Counted from the whole stretch's first letter, positions 1 through 12,954 are shown. The stretch: 63,752 nucleotides of DNA, filler included, from Octopus bimaculoides (GCF_001194135.2; 5 parts of 4 records of this genome joined end to end with filler, not necessarily neighbours in it); one strand, 5' to 3'. The notes: generated by a model from the sequence alone, not told the origin. Numbers and translations are program-made.

Positions 1-594
1 TAAAAAAATTAATAAATAAGGGGGGGAAAGATTCAGATTACATATAGTCCGTCTCCGCCGATGATGGTGCTGAAAATGGTGGAGGTTGTAGAGGTGATGA
101 TGATGAAGATGATGATGTTGGAGATGATGATCATGCTGGTGGTGGTGATAGTAGCAACACTAACTTAATTTCATTTAATATTATTTATTTAATTTTCTTA
201 TACTTCCACAACATTCACTACTTGAATATTCCATATTCAGAAAGGAAAGAAAGAAAGGAAAGGAAAAAAGACAAAAAAAAAACTCCAAAAAGCTAGCTAT
301 TTCTAAATATGTACTTTTAAATGTTTCTATTATATTGTGGTTTATTTTTTATTTTCTTATTTTGTTCTTTTTTTTTTTTGTCCTTCTTGCTTGTTTTACA
401 GAATATATGTGTTGTAAATAATATATTTTGAAGCTTGTTATTATCAAACCTCATGATAACACAATTAATATTCTGTTCATTCATTTATCATTATTGTTGA
501 TATTGCTGTAATGTCCCCCTTCACATGTTGCCCTTGTGGCAAATAAAGAAATATTTATTATCATTGTTGTTGTGGTTGTTGTTGTTACTCTGCT

Positions 595-782
595 GGACAA
601 AATGCTTCAAAATACTTCAAAGCATTTTGTCTGTCTTTACATTCTATCTTCAAATTCCATTGAGGTCAACTAAGCCTTTTGGGGGTTGGTAAAACAAGTA
701 CCAGTTGAGAACTGAGGTCAATTTAATCGACTTACTCTGTCCTCAGAAATTGCTGGCCTTGTGCCAAATTTGAAATCATTAT
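595..782 (+). mobile_element. Degenerate OR-like tRNA-derived SINE
   Basis: Family blocks ttcaaattcc...gaggtcaac, aagtaccagttgag and ggccttgtgccaaatttgaaa are shared with the copies at 17.9, 18.5 and 57.9 kb. Confidence 0.65.
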
Positions 783-788
783 TACTAC

Positions 789-819
<31 letters not shown>

Positions 820-1101
820 TACTAAAATTTCAGGCTTTGTGCTTATAGAAGAAAGAGTATTATTATTTTGGGGTGAGCGTGGTCATTGCCAGTGCCACCT
901 GACTGGCTCCCTGTGCTGGTGGCATGTAAAAAGTATCATTCAAATGTGGTCGATGCCACTCAAAATGTCCCTGAATAATGGTTGTTTAAGGATACTGGAC
1001 AAAACACCCCTGTTTCCAGAGGTGAATTATTCAAACTCCAAAGAATTCCTCTCAACACATGGTTCTGCTTGTAAATAAAAGAATAAAAGAAAGAATATAT
1101 T

Positions 1102-1147
<46 letters not shown>

Positions 1148-1563
1148 CGTGTATGTGTTTGTGTGTGCATGTGTGAGTGTGTGTGTTTGTGTGCACGTGT
1201 GTGAGTGCGTGTTTGTGTGTGCACGTGTGAGTGTGTTTGTGTGTGTTTGTGTGTGTGTGTGTGTGTGCTGTGTGTTTGTGTGTATGTGTTTTTAGTGTGT
1301 GTGTGTGTGTGTGTGTATCTTTGATCTTTGATCTGTTATCTTTTAACTTTTATCTTTTGCTTGTTTCAGTAATTAGGCTGCGGCCATGCTGGGGCACCAC
1401 TTTGAAGAATTTTTAGTCAAATGTACTGACCCCAGAATTTATTTTTTAAAAGCATGGTATTTATTCTATCAGCCTCTTTTGCCGAACTGCTAAGTTACAG
1501 GGATGTAAACATACCAGCGCCAGTTGGTGATGGGGGTACAAACAGACACACACACACACAAAC

Positions 1564-1824
1564 AAGTGACAGAGGGTACTGGCTAGCACCACTTTTGCTA
1601 AAAATAAGTGTTAAAACAACTCAAAAGCCACAAATGCACTGTCTTAATGACTGACAAAGGGAGGTAAATCCCCAGCGTATATAGCTGGATCACAATTTTG
1701 GATTATGATGTAGACCCTCTTAATCCTCATCAGCGACTCTTAACGTCTAGAGTTTTGTAACTTTTGAGTTTCTTTAACTTTTATCTTTAGCAAAAGTGGT
1801 GCTAGTAAGCACCCACTGTCACTT
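1564..1824 (-). mobile_element. Penelope-like non-autonomous insert: 64-bp inverted arms around a decayed hammerhead
   Basis: Arms 1564-1627 and 1761-1824 are reverse complements with 55/64 identity. A CTGATGA core lies between them on the - strand. Confidence 0.6.
1683..1738 (-). ncRNA. Decayed minimal type I hammerhead ribozyme
   Basis: Reads agtcg CTGATGA ggatta-loop-taatcc AAAA ttgtga TC cagct. Helix II is a perfect 6 bp. The G12 loss and the helix I/III defects are all CpG-type transitions. Confidence 0.6.
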
Positions 1825-2079
1825 TTGTGACCTCTGTTAGTTTTGCCTTTAGGTTCTAATTGCTAAGAAGCCACCCTTTTAAATTTATATATACATATAT
1901 ATATATATACACACATATATATACAACAGGTTTCTTTCAGTTTCTGTCTATCAAAATCCACTCACAAGGTTTTGGTCGGCCCGAAGTGGAAGACACTTGC
2001 CCAAGGTGCCATGCAATGGGGCTGAACCCAGAACTATGTGATTGAGAAGCAAGCTTCTTACCACACAGCCGCGCACGTG

Positions 2080-2134
<55 letters not shown>

Positions 2135-2692
2135 CTATATGTGGATTGTTGGCGATTTTTTTCCTCCATCTTCCTTTTTCTCTTGGACTTTCCTCTATCT
2201 CCTGTTTCTGAAAAAGAGCTTTTNNNNNNNNNNNNNNNNNNNNNNNNNNNNNNNNNNNNNNNNNNNNNNNNNNNNNNNNNNNNNNNNNNNNNNNNNNNNN
2301 NNNNNNNNNNNNNNNNNNNNNNNNNNNNNNNNNNNNNNNNNNNNNNNNNNNNNNNNNNNNNNNNNNNNNNNNNNNNNNNNNNNNNNNNNNNNNNNNNNNN
2401 NNNNNNNNNNNNNNNNNNNNNNNNNNNNNNNNNNNNNNNNNNNNNNNNNNNNNNNNNNNNNNNNNNNNNNNNNNNNNNNNNNNNNNNNNNNNNNNNNNNN
2501 NNNNNNNNNNNNNNNNNNNNNNNNNNNNNNNNNNNNNNNNNNNNNNNNNNNNNNNNNNNNNNNNNNNNNNNNNNNNNNNNNNNNNNNNNNNNNNNNNNNN
2601 NNNNNNNNNNNNNNNNNNNNNNNNNNNNNNNNNNNNNNNNNNNNNNNNNNNNNNNNNNNNNNNNNNNNNNNNNNNNNNNNNNNNNNNNNNNN

Positions 2693-2793
2693 AGCACCTT
2701 GGGCAAGTGTCCCTACTATACCCTTGCTTGGGCTGACCAAAGCCTTGTAAGTGGATTTGGTAGAAGGAAACTGAAACAAGCCTGTTGTGTGTG

Positions 2794-2835
<42 letters not shown>

Positions 2836-3950
2836 TAGATAGATAGATAGATAGATATAGATATATATATACATGTATATATATAAAGGAAAAAAGTGAA
2901 TAAACAAATGACGTAACGTATACTGAATGTAAAAATGAGCGGGAGACAAACTGAAAGTCCATAATTCTTCATCACTTCTCGACCAATGGTGCTGTTCAGT
3001 TTCACACCTTTAATGATAAGACTGAGTGCTTCCCAATTGGCGGTGCTCGCAAAAGAAAGTTTTCTTGCGTAGAATTAGGGACAAGAGCAAACAAAACAAA
3101 ACAAAACAAGCAAAATGACAGAGAGTGTCATTTAGTATGGTGGACGAGAACAAACAGTCAAACAAAATATGGCCTGGGGGCCAAGTAGACAAGAATAGTG
3201 GGTAACGCTTTGAAAATGTTTTCAAGGATGGAGAACGGAGAGACAGAATTTGCAACTGGTCAGCTAAGGGACCAGTCTAAGAAAGGAAGAAAAAGAGGAA
3301 CTGGCTGTTGGTCACATGGCGGCAGCAGGCATAGGAGAAAGACAGCAGGGAGAAGGAGCGACAGAGAAAAGAAGGGGGAGGTGGATGAAGAGGAAGGAGA
3401 AAAGCTAGGAATACAAAAGGGAGAAAGAGAAGGAGTAAGTAGAAAGGCTATAATAGAAGTGACAGGGTGAGAAAAAGAAAAAGAGAAAGAATGAAGGCAT
3501 GAGAGAGAGAGAGAGAGAAAGAGAGTCACATGGATATATAAAAAAACTTACATGTTTATACAAATTCGGTGTGTGTTGCGTTCCATTACTTGATATATGA
3601 GAAAATGTATAAACAAACGACATAACATATACTGAATGTAAAAACAAATGGGAGCCAAACAGAAAGTCCATGATTTTTCATCAGTTATTGATCAATGGTA
3701 CTGTTCAGTTTCACACCTTTAACAATAAGACAGGGTGCTTCCCAGTGTATGTATTTGTCACCCCACCATCACTTGACAACCGATGTTGGTGTGTTTACGT
3801 CCCCATAACTTGGGGGTTCGGCAAAAGAGACCAATAGAATAAGTACTAGCCTTACAAAGAATAACTCCTGGCGTTGGTATATTTGACTAAAGGCAGTGCT
3901 CCAGCATGGCCGCAGTCAAACGACTGAAACAAGTAAAAGAATAAAAGAAA
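2693..3950 (+). mobile_element. OK-like SINE split by an insertion (5' half 2693-2790, 3' half 3745-3950)
   Basis: The head block caccttgggcaagtg...ggaaactgaaa precedes the insert. The 3' block ttgacaaccgatg...gctccagcatggccgcagtc follows it. Confidence 0.8.
2874..3744 (+). mobile_element. Small non-coding LTR element (TRIM-like)
   Basis: Ungapped 136-bp direct repeats at 2900-3035 and 3609-3744 (116/136 identical), both ending in CA. TGG follows 2 nt after the first repeat (PBS-like, 3038). Purine tract at 3363-3381. Confidence 0.55.
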
Positions 3951-3962
3951 GAATATATTAAT

Positions 3963-4007
<45 letters not shown>

Positions 4008-4169
4008 TGTTTGTCCTATACAACTGCTTGACAACTGGTGGTGATGTATTTACATCCTTTTAACTTAGCAGTTCAGCGAAGGATACTGATAAAATAAGTA
4101 CCAAGCTTTAAAAAAGTAAGTTTTGGGGTTGATTCAGTATATTGTATAATGTCATCCAGAGTGCAAGCA

Positions 4170-4410
4170 TCATCGTCGTCGTCATCATTAAACGTCTGTT
4201 TTCCATGCTGGCATGGGTTGGATGGCTGACTGATGACTGGCAAGCCAGGAGGCTGCACCAAGCTGCAATCTGATCTGGTAAAGTTTCTACAGTTGGATGC
4301 CCTTCCTAACGCCAACCACTCTGAGAGTGTAGTGGGAGATTTTTACATGCCATCAGTACAGGAGCCAATTAGGGGTCACTGGCATCAGCCATGTTTGGAT
4401 GGTGCTTTCA
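4170..4410 (-). mobile_element. RTE-tailed SINE or RTE 3' fragment
   Basis: Contains ggatgcccttcctaacgccaaccac and ttccatgctggcatgggttgga next to (CAT)n, the same 3' end as the RTE LINE at 9.6-10.8 kb. Confidence 0.75.
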
Positions 4411-4810
4411 TAAACTGTAAACATTTATATTAATTCATCAAATAACTCCAAATTGTAATCTCTCCCTCTAAAATAATCCTTTCCTTGTTTCTTGGCGACA
4501 TATATATATACATATATATATACATATATATACATATTTCAAACAGTTCTCTAAAACAATTTCTTTCCTGTATGTATCTCTCTTGTTCCTGGTTGCAATG
4601 GCTACTTACTGCTATTTCTCCTATTGACCAACCGAGGGTTTTACAAGAATGAATTACAACAACAACAACAACAACAGCAGCAAGCAGAAAAACCAGAAGC
4701 ACTGAGATGACAACGAGAAACAACAATCATAGCGAGAGAAATAGTTATTTTGATGAGAATTCAGGAAATATGTTAAAATGTGATAAGTAAAGTTATGATA
4801 GTTATTTCAG

Positions 4811-4911
4811 TACTGTCAAAGATGTAGCTTTGCAAATCGGTATTTTTCAGATTCCTTGGCAAATGTATATAGAATTGCAAGCCATAATAAAATCAATGAA
4901 CGCTTTGATTG
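4811..4911 (+). CDS. Candidate internal exon of an unidentified gene (TVKDVALQIGIFQIPWQMYIELQAIIKSMNALI)
   Basis: Acceptor ttatttcag, donor TTG|gtatca, open frame, phase 2 to 1. An alternative acceptor exists at 4850. Confidence 0.4.
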
Positions 4912-5030
4912 GTATCAAAAGTACTTAACAAAATGGATCAATATTGGTTATTTTATAAATATCTTGTTTTGGTAACACTGACTGAATTATGTTGATCAAT
5001 GTAATAATTCTTGAGCAATAAAACCAAACA

Positions 5031-5081
<51 letters not shown>

Positions 5082-5322
5082 CTCTCTCTCTGCCCCGCCC
5101 CCATCTCCGTCATGCACCTATGCACACAAACACACACAAACACATTCAGTATAATCTTCTCTACCTAGTTTATCTACAATGTGTTCATTTACTGTCTGTG
5201 TGTACATACGAAGTGCTTGCATGCTTAATGTACAAATAGCATGCCTCTGTCTATATGTATGTGTGTGTATGTGTGTATGCATGTGTGTGTGTGTGCAATA
5301 GTGTGCCTATCTGTAATTCCAG

Positions 5323-5379
5323 AAGACTGTAACTATGAGACTGTACATTGTGAAAGTTCTTTCTTTTTGTCTTTTCTAA
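5323..5379 (+). CDS. Candidate exon (E-DCNYETVHCESSFFLSFL)
   Basis: Acceptor gtaattccag, donor TAA|gtatat, 57 nt, phase 1 to 1, in frame with its neighbours. Confidence 0.35.
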   Translation, partial: KTVTMRLYIVKVLSFCLF

Positions 5380-5404
5380 GTATATTTTCACCTTTTCTGG
5401 TAGA

Positions 5405-5665
5405 TGGTGATCATGTGGTCACATGACTAACCAGACTATCAAATGTTGTCACACATTGCTGGTCACAATATACTTTGCATTGTTTTAGTTTCTGAATGAT
5501 GCCAGCTTGTTGGCTTGGAGAGCAGGCCAACATTCCCTGCTGATCGACTGGAACAATGTGAAATGACGTGTTTTGCTGAAGAACACAACAGGCCACCTGG
5601 TCTAGGAATTGAACTCATAATCTAATGATTGTGAATGCAACACCCTAACCACCAGATCACGCACC
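5405..5665 (-). mobile_element. tRNA-headed SINE, third family (degenerate)
   Basis: Head gtggttagggtgttgcatt...gagttcaattcc and block ttgtgttcttcagcaaaacac are shared with 12010-12257. Confidence 0.65.
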
Positions 5666-5765
5666 CTTACTAGATGGTAATATACTCTGAATACTATACA
5701 AGGGTATTTTCTTACAACTTTGGAAGGGTATTCTCTCACTGTTCTGTAAAGATATTCTTTCACAG

Positions 5766-5828
5766 AAAGAAACTCTTTTATTGTAAAAGCAGCTTCTATG
5801 GAAAAGCTAAATGGGGTTCTGCATTGGC
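5766..5828 (+). CDS. Candidate exon (K-RNSFIVKAASMEKLNGVLHW)
   Basis: Acceptor attctttcacag, donor GGC|gtaagg, 63 nt, phase 1 to 1. Confidence 0.55.
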
Positions 5829-6502
5829 GTAAGGGTTATTAGTTTCAATTCTGTGTTCTGATTTCAAATCCTCACTGGACTGATCACGTGTTTGATCATT
5901 CTAGAATCAATAAAATAAGTTTGACCTCACTTACAACAGATGATTCAATTATTTGTACTTCCTGTTTACAACTTTATGGCCTTTTGCCAACGAAATAAAT
6001 CAATACAATTTCTAAAATCTGTAATAAGCTACCATAAATGTTAAGATGTGGAACTAAAAACTTTATGCTATTTAGGGGTCATCCTTATACCTACTGTTCT
6101 CTCACCCTGCCGGGTTAAAGGTCATTATATCTGAGGTCAACTGCTGGGGTTCAGCTTTGCTTTTCATCCTGTCATGGTCAATGATTTCAGTTCTAAGTAT
6201 TAAAATAAATATCTGTTAATCAATCAATCATTTTGATTATAGTTGTACAAAATTTGTGGTTCTATGTCAACAGAAGAAATCAATATTATAATACTAATTT
6301 CTTGCTAAGGAACAAAATAAGTGTGTGTGTGTGTGTGCAGATGTGCGCATGCGTGTGCATGTGTGATTTTGTGATGCTTATGGCATTTAGTGGTATATGC
6401 ATGAAATAATATATCTTTCACAAGAAAATTAAATCTTTTCTATCCATCACATTGTTAGGTATCCTATTAACCCTTTTCTAACCATATGTCTTTTGAAATT
6501 CA

Positions 6503-6652
6503 CTTTAACCCTTTTGCTACCATATTTCTGTTGAAATACACAACCTTTGTTTTAAAACGAGAATTTTGTGTCATAGAAACAGGGGTAGCCCAAAGATAGT
6601 CTCATAGAACTGAGGGAGGTCTCAGACAGGTTGCTATCAAAGGGGTTAAAAT
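6503..6652. mobile_element. piggyBac-type MITE
   Basis: Ends TTAA-CCCTTT and AGGGG-TTAA. A degenerate relative lies at about 8248-8473. Confidence 0.55.
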
Positions 6653-7292
6653 ATATTTTCCTCAAAAGTAACTCTTTCAAGTTGCAACTATATAATTTAT
6701 TCATAATGACATGTTTATGATCCCATTTTTCTGACTCTTGGAGGTAGTTTTTACATAGCTAAAGGGATATGTTAAAAGCATAAGGTTGTAAGGACCTAAT
6801 ATAATAAATAAATATCTATTTGTACCTTACACTTATTTAATGAATGCAATGAAGAATATAGTCTGCACATCTGATGAGTGCAGGGCAGTCAGTTTTACAT
6901 GAAACCCAGACTCAGAAGCATGTTAGTATCACTTTCTCCCACCTTTCCTCCTCTTCATATTTATCATCAACCACCTCATCACAACTTTTGTTCATCACCC
7001 AGTATATTCTTTCCCCAACTCCTACCCATCTCCAGCCATCCCTCACTTCTTTCACGCACTCTCATAACCCCTACCTCTTATCCTTTACTGTTCTTCTATT
7101 CCTTGACCCCACCCCAACTCCTCATCACCACCATTTTTCTCTCATTTCCTGCTTCACTCTAATTATTGCCACCCATTCTTGCCTAATGCAAGTAGCCATG
7201 TATCTCTTCTGGCTGGCCAGCTCCTGTTGAACCGTTCAGCCCATACCAGCATGGATAACAGATGTTAAATGATAATAATAATAATAATAATG

Positions 7293-7341
<49 letters not shown>

Positions 7342-7773
7342 TGTGTGTCTCTTTGTCTTCACATTGTGTAGTAGTTGGAAGTGATTACCACTGTCATACA
7401 AGCAGTGTCATTTACTTCAAAGATTCTGCAAGAACATGTCTGGCTAAGGTAAAATATTCACCTTGCTTGGAAGCAGGTGAGGGTTGGCAACAGGAAGGGC
7501 ATCCAGCCATAGGAAAAACTGGCTCAATAAACACTGGGTTAATGTAATTGACTTAGCCCTTCCTTGAACTTGCTGGCCTTGAGCCAAAATTCGAAACCAG
7601 TATTTACTGAAGATTCCAGTCAGACACTCTAACCATATAAGCATGGAGAAGTGAATGCTAAAATGATGATGGTGATGATAATAATGATGAGGATGATGAA
7701 GATCATGATGATGATGGTGGTGATGGTCTTGAAAGACAAATTACTTGTTGGCTAGAACATTGGTTTATTTCAG

Positions 7774-7816
7774 TTAACATTCATAGAAAAAAACATTTAG
7801 CATCTGTTCCCAACAG
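7774..7816 (+). CDS. Candidate exon (L-NIHRKKHLASVPN)
   Basis: Acceptor ggtttatttcag and consensus donor CAG|gtaagt. Only one frame is open, and it is the one that joins the previous exon. Confidence 0.55.
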
Positions 7817-8484
7817 GTAAGTGAATTGAAATATTTAGAATTAAATATCATGTCTGTGTGATTCAGTAAAATATTCATAAGAGATATTACCATATAACGT
7901 GTGGAGCGAGCAGTTAATTACCTCCCTCTTTTTACCTTTCTAAACGGTTAATTTTCCTACAATAATGCTTTTCATATCAATACCACCTTGCATTAAAAAG
8001 AACTTTTTAAAAATTTATTGTTACATAATTAATGAGATACTAGCATAGGATATGAAAAGCTTTGATTTTTTAGGTAAAAAGAAGCAAAAATTGAGAGAAA
8101 TTCATTATTTTTTCATCAAGTATTTGTGGAACAAATGAGGTGAAATTGTATCAATGAATATATCTATAGTATTAATCTCCATTTCATATTAGTTGTAATA
8201 CCTGCAAACACAGGACATTATGTTTTAGACCTAATGCATTTATTTTATTCACCCTTTCATTACCATATTTCTGTTGAAGTACATTGCTTTGTTTCAATTA
8301 ATTTTGAAAATAATGAAAAATTTAATAAGCTAATTTTGTCATAATTAATTTGGTGTTTTGGACATGAATTAACATAAAGTTTTAATGAAATATTCTAATT
8401 AAGGTCACTCTAAATATGAAGTTTGCATCAAAGAACCAAGGGTGGTCATGGGTGGGTTGGTTTCAAACCGGTTATTTTTTTAAT

Positions 8485-8678
8485 CTTTTATTTGTTTCTG
8501 TCATTTGACTGTGGCCATGCTGGGGCACTGCCTTGAAGAATTTTTCGTTGAATAAATTTACCTTAAGCCTGCTACTTTCTCTATTGGCTTTTTTTGCCAG
8601 TCTACATTATGGGAATGTAAACACACCAACACCAGTTGTCAAGTGGTGGTGGACAAGTACAGATACAAACGCGCCTGT

Positions 8679-8700
<22 letters not shown>
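8485..8700 (-). mobile_element. OK-like SINE 3' half
   Basis: tttgactgtggccatgctggggcactgcc tail and gtaaacacaccaacacc block. Confidence 0.75.
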
Positions 8701-8757
<57 letters not shown>

Positions 8758-9206
8758 ATTGAGTATCAAGAATGTGATTTTATGAGGATACCTTTCTTGA
8801 TGAAGGGGACATTGTCCTCATGGTTTGTAAGATTTATCAATTTTTCTACCAGGACATGAATTCTAGAAATGACCGTTGAAAGTGATCTCCGCCAACTGTA
8901 TTATATACCTTATATACCATTTATATTTTTAAAAAACATATCGAACTGTATGGATCTTTGAATTGAAATTCTTAACCGCTCTTAATTAGAGTACAAAAAA
9001 ATTTTTCAGTCCTCTTTTTATCACACTTCCTTCCATACATATCCCACGTGGGTTTTATTAACATGTATTTTTATATATATTTATATTTTATAAATATTTC
9101 TCAAAATATTCCTATGTGTCGATATGTATTAACATATGTATATGCATTTTAAGTTGTATTTATAAATGTATGAATACGATTGCCTAATTTGAATTTATAT
9201 CTTAAT

Positions 9207-9450
<244 letters not shown>

Positions 9451-9619
9451 AACCAAAATGCCTTTTTGTTTTAAAAAAGTAAGATGGGATAAAACAGCTT
9501 CACGACATTACTTAGACATCCTTTTGAAAATTTCTGCCCTGCTTCATATGATTGTTTACATCTGATTGGATAAAGTCAACTAACCAAAATTTCAACTATC
9601 AAAAAGCTTTTTACACCTG

Positions 9620-10803
9620 AGACGCTTAAAATATCTAGCAGAGTGGGATGTGGTTTGGTCACCTGTATAGTTAATCAGGTGTCCACGAGGGAGTCATATT
9701 GAGTGACTGGTGTAGCAGCATTATAGTCAACTGCTACAAAGGTAAAGGTAATGCCGGTGATGACAGTTACAGAGAGGGTCATCACAGAATTGATTAGAGA
9801 GAGAGTTAACCAAGATGAGATGCAGTTTGGTTTTGAGTCAAGATGCTATCTTCCTGGTGAGGCAACTGCAAAAGAAGAAAGTATTTAGCCAAAAATAAAC
9901 CTCTCTACTTGGCTTTTGTCGATAAGAAGAAAGCCTTTGACATGGTGGTCAATGCAGAAGCTAGGTATTGATGAGTGGATGGTGAGAACTGTACAAGCCA
10001 TGTACAGGGATACTGTCAATAAGGTGAAAGTCAGCAACGACTATAGCAATGAATATAGTGTACAAGTAGGAGTCCAGCAGGGCTCTGTTCTTAGCCATAA
10101 AAGATAAATTTAAGATTGGCTGTCCTTGAGAGCTCCTCTATGCTGATGATCATCTTCTTAAAGCTGAATTACTACCAGACTCAGAGACGAAATTTAGGTA
10201 TGGAAGCAAGGCATGGAATCAAAGGGCTTTAAAGTTAATTTAGCAAAGACTGAAATCCTAGCAAATAAAGAAACAAATAAATCACAAATTCCTTCAGAGA
10301 GATGGCCCCACTTGATATGTAGAAAAGGTGTAGGTAGAAACTCCATAAGGTGTATTTGGTGCAAAATTTAGACTCATAAGAGGTGCAGCAGTATCAGAGG
10401 AAAGTTAACAGAGAAAGGCATAGGACAAGATGATGAATTATAATCTTTGGTTGTTGAGCCCCATGGAGGCAATGACAAGTGACCGAGACATCTGGTGATT
10501 TGCCATGGTTGTGGCCAGTGCTGATGGCACATAAAATACCTCTCTGCCATGGACACGTAAAAGGCATCCATGCTAATGACATGTAAAAGCACCTCTGCTG
10601 GTGGCATATAAAAGGCACTTGGTACATTCTGTAGAGTGGTGGTTGGTGTTAGGAAGGGCATCCAGCAATAGAAACGAAGCCGAAACAGATGACTGGAGCC
10701 GAGTGCAGCTCTCTAGTTTACCAGCTCCATTCAAACTGTCTAACCCGTACCAGCAGGGGAAAATGAATGCTAAATGATGATGATGATGATGATGATGATG
10801 ATG
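9620..10803 (+). mobile_element. 5'-truncated, frameshifted RTE-clade LINE (RT domain plus 3' tail)
   Basis: Translated motifs DWCSSIIVNCYKGKG, DEMQFGF, YLAFVD, QKLGIDEW, VGVQQGSVLS (about 10075) and LLYADD (YADD at 10139-10150). Ends in a (GAT)n tail. Confidence 0.92.
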
Positions 10804-11259
10804 TTAAATGGTGGTGGTGGTGGTGATGATGATGATGCTAAATAATGATGATGATGAGGATGCTGATGTACCATATGGTAGGAAATGCACGTCAAGAAGA
10901 AATTGGCAAGCATTTCCATTAGATTTTCAAGAGCTAAATCCCTTGAGGCTGTGTAGTTAAGGAGTCAGCTCCCTGAGTACTTCGCTTCGGGTTCAGTCCC
11001 ATTCGATGGTACTTTGGGATTTTTAGCGTGATAAGGGGATGATTCAAGATTCATTTGCACACTCACAACAAATAGAAAGAAAGAGGGATCCTTCGTTGAA
11101 ACAAATAGACTAATTCCTGTGAATTTAGTTTCTCTTGCTCTGACCTTGACCTTCAAACTTTTGTCAATAAGCAAAGCCAACAGCAGTTAAGTCATGGATA
11201 GTTTGGTTCTCAGCAGTTTATCTAAGACAGAGGTTATCTAACACTAAACAACTAACAAC

Positions 11260-11287
11260 AGATGCCAGTAGTAGTAGTAGTAGTGGT

Positions 11288-11318
<31 letters not shown>

Positions 11319-11400
11319 GAAGTAATAGTGGTGTTGTTGGATGTGATGGTGGTGGTGGTGGTGGTGGTTGTGGCAGTTGTGGTGGTGGTGACAGCAGCAG

Positions 11401-11431
<31 letters not shown>

Positions 11432-11627
11432 ACCAGCAGCAGTAGCAGTAGTAGTAGTAGTAGTAGTAGTGATGGTGGTGGTAGTAGTGATGGTGGTGGT
11501 GGTAGTAATAGTAGTGATGGTGGTGGTAGTAGTAGTGGTGGTGGTGGTGGTAGTAGTAGTGATGGTGGTGGTAGTAGTGATGGCGGTGGTGGTAGTAGTA
11601 ATAGTGATGGTGGTGGTGGTGGTGGTG

Positions 11628-11667
<40 letters not shown>

Positions 11668-11700
11668 CGATTGTGGTGGTGGTAATAGTAGTCACTGTGA
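11260..11700. repeat. Compound trinucleotide microsatellite (GTA/GTG/GCA)
   Basis: Seen directly; it explains the poly-T/V/H ORFs. Confidence 0.95.
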
Positions 11701-12009
11701 TTAATTTGAAGTAGCAAAAAATAAACTGCCTTTAATGATAAATCCCAGATGACCTCACTTTATTTTTCCTATCAAATAGTTTTTCAAAACATACTTTACT
11801 CTGGTTTGTCTCAAAAAAGATTTCTTTTAAATGCTTGTCTTGTTTACTGCAGATTATTGGTACAGGTGTGACCATTTGGCTAAGATGTTGGCTTCCCGAC
11901 CACAGGGTCTCATCTTCAGTCCCATTGCATGGCACCTTGTGAAAGTGTCTTCTACCAATGTCCTTGCTATAGATTTAGCAACAACAAGGCTCACATTCTT
12001 TCCCTGGGC

Positions 12010-12257
12010 CTTGGTTAGTACACATTGTTCTGTAAGAAACATAGGACCAGATTACAAGTTTCTCTGGCATATATATTCCCCCTGGATGGGATGCCGGTCT
12101 GTCGCAGGATGACTCATTTTTACCAGCTGAATGGAGTCAAGTCTTGTGAAATGCAGTGTTTTGCTCAAGAACACAACACATCACCAGGTCCAGGAATCGA
12201 AACCACAATCTTACAATCATAAATGCAACACCCTAACCACTTAACCATGCACCTCCA
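12010..12257 (-). mobile_element. tRNA-headed SINE, third family
   Basis: Reverse complement reads ggaggtgcatggttaagtggttagggtg...ggtttcgattcc (A/B-box-like), then gtgttcttgagcaaaacac and cctgcgacagaccggcatcccatccagggg. Confidence 0.75.
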
Positions 12258-12600
12258 TTTCCAGGGGTCTTGCTATAAATAAATTTCAGCACCCTATCAA
12301 AATATTCCAGAAATTGGCACAGGTATTTGTCCTTGGAAAGCTGCTGTACTTCTGTAGGAAGGAATAATTTGTCATTCTTCCTCATTTTCAGCACACAGTT
12401 GTTGAAATATTCCATCAGATTTTGCTGAACTTTTGATCTTATTGATTATTTTCACTATAATTCGGAGTGATTGATGCAGGTCTGGACTAAGGTGTTTTTG
12501 CTACAAGATGTCACTGATGAATTATGCAGTGAATCATAATGATATTTGGAACTATCTTTTTAAATGTGATATGAAACTCCAGTATTGATCAACCATACAG

Positions 12601-12657
12601 GGAACACCATCAATTGCACAAGAAATAATATTAAACAGTATATTATTTTCAGTAAAG
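12601..12657 (+). CDS. Possible additional exon (GTPSIAQEIILNSILFSVK)
   Basis: catacag acceptor, AAG|gtatat donor, phase 0 to 0. It does not join the main chain directly. Confidence 0.25.
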
Positions 12658-12954
12658 GTATATATTCAGACATAAATATAAGTTTCCACTTTGTATTTGT
12701 CTCCATTTTTTTGTTTTTTGTAAAAGTGTTTCCTCTTGAAATGCTTCATTATCCAAATACTTCACATATGGCATTGATAGTGTGGTACTATTACCAGTTG
12801 AAGTTTCACTCATTTGTATGAAAAAAATCCTCCTTTCACAAAGCTTTTCAATTATCTAAACATTTTACATCAGCATTTGCTGTTTCATTAACCTGGTTTT
12901 TGATGGTTTGGCACTTAAAGGAATGTGTTGTAGCAGATTTTTATGCCTTGTTCT

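Larger units (their letters stand above)
1340..2075 (-). mobile_element. OK-like SINE split in its central microsatellite (3' half 1340-1560, 5' half 1925-2075)
   Basis: Tail gcggccatgctggggcacc and head cttgcccaaggtgcc...ctgaacccagaac match other full-length copies in the window. Confidence 0.8.

Noticed and set aside
4547-4627. Hydrophobic FSKTISFLYVSLLFLVAMATYCYFSY* as a terminal exon
   Set aside because: Pyrimidine-rich DNA gives hydrophobic translations by default, and it conflicts with the downstream exon chain. A 23-nt exon (4547-4569) remains possible.
6865-6920. CTGATGA...GAAAC hammerhead candidate
   Set aside because: Helices I and III do not pair.
12510-12560. CTGATGA plus a 6-bp stem, then GATA
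   Set aside because: GAAA is broken and there is no helix I or III.
12392-12675. Reading frame of about 95 codons interrupted only by TGA (selenoprotein or NUMT idea)
   Set aside because: No similarity to a mitochondrial protein or selenoprotein that I recognise. Such frames are expected by chance in this much sequence.
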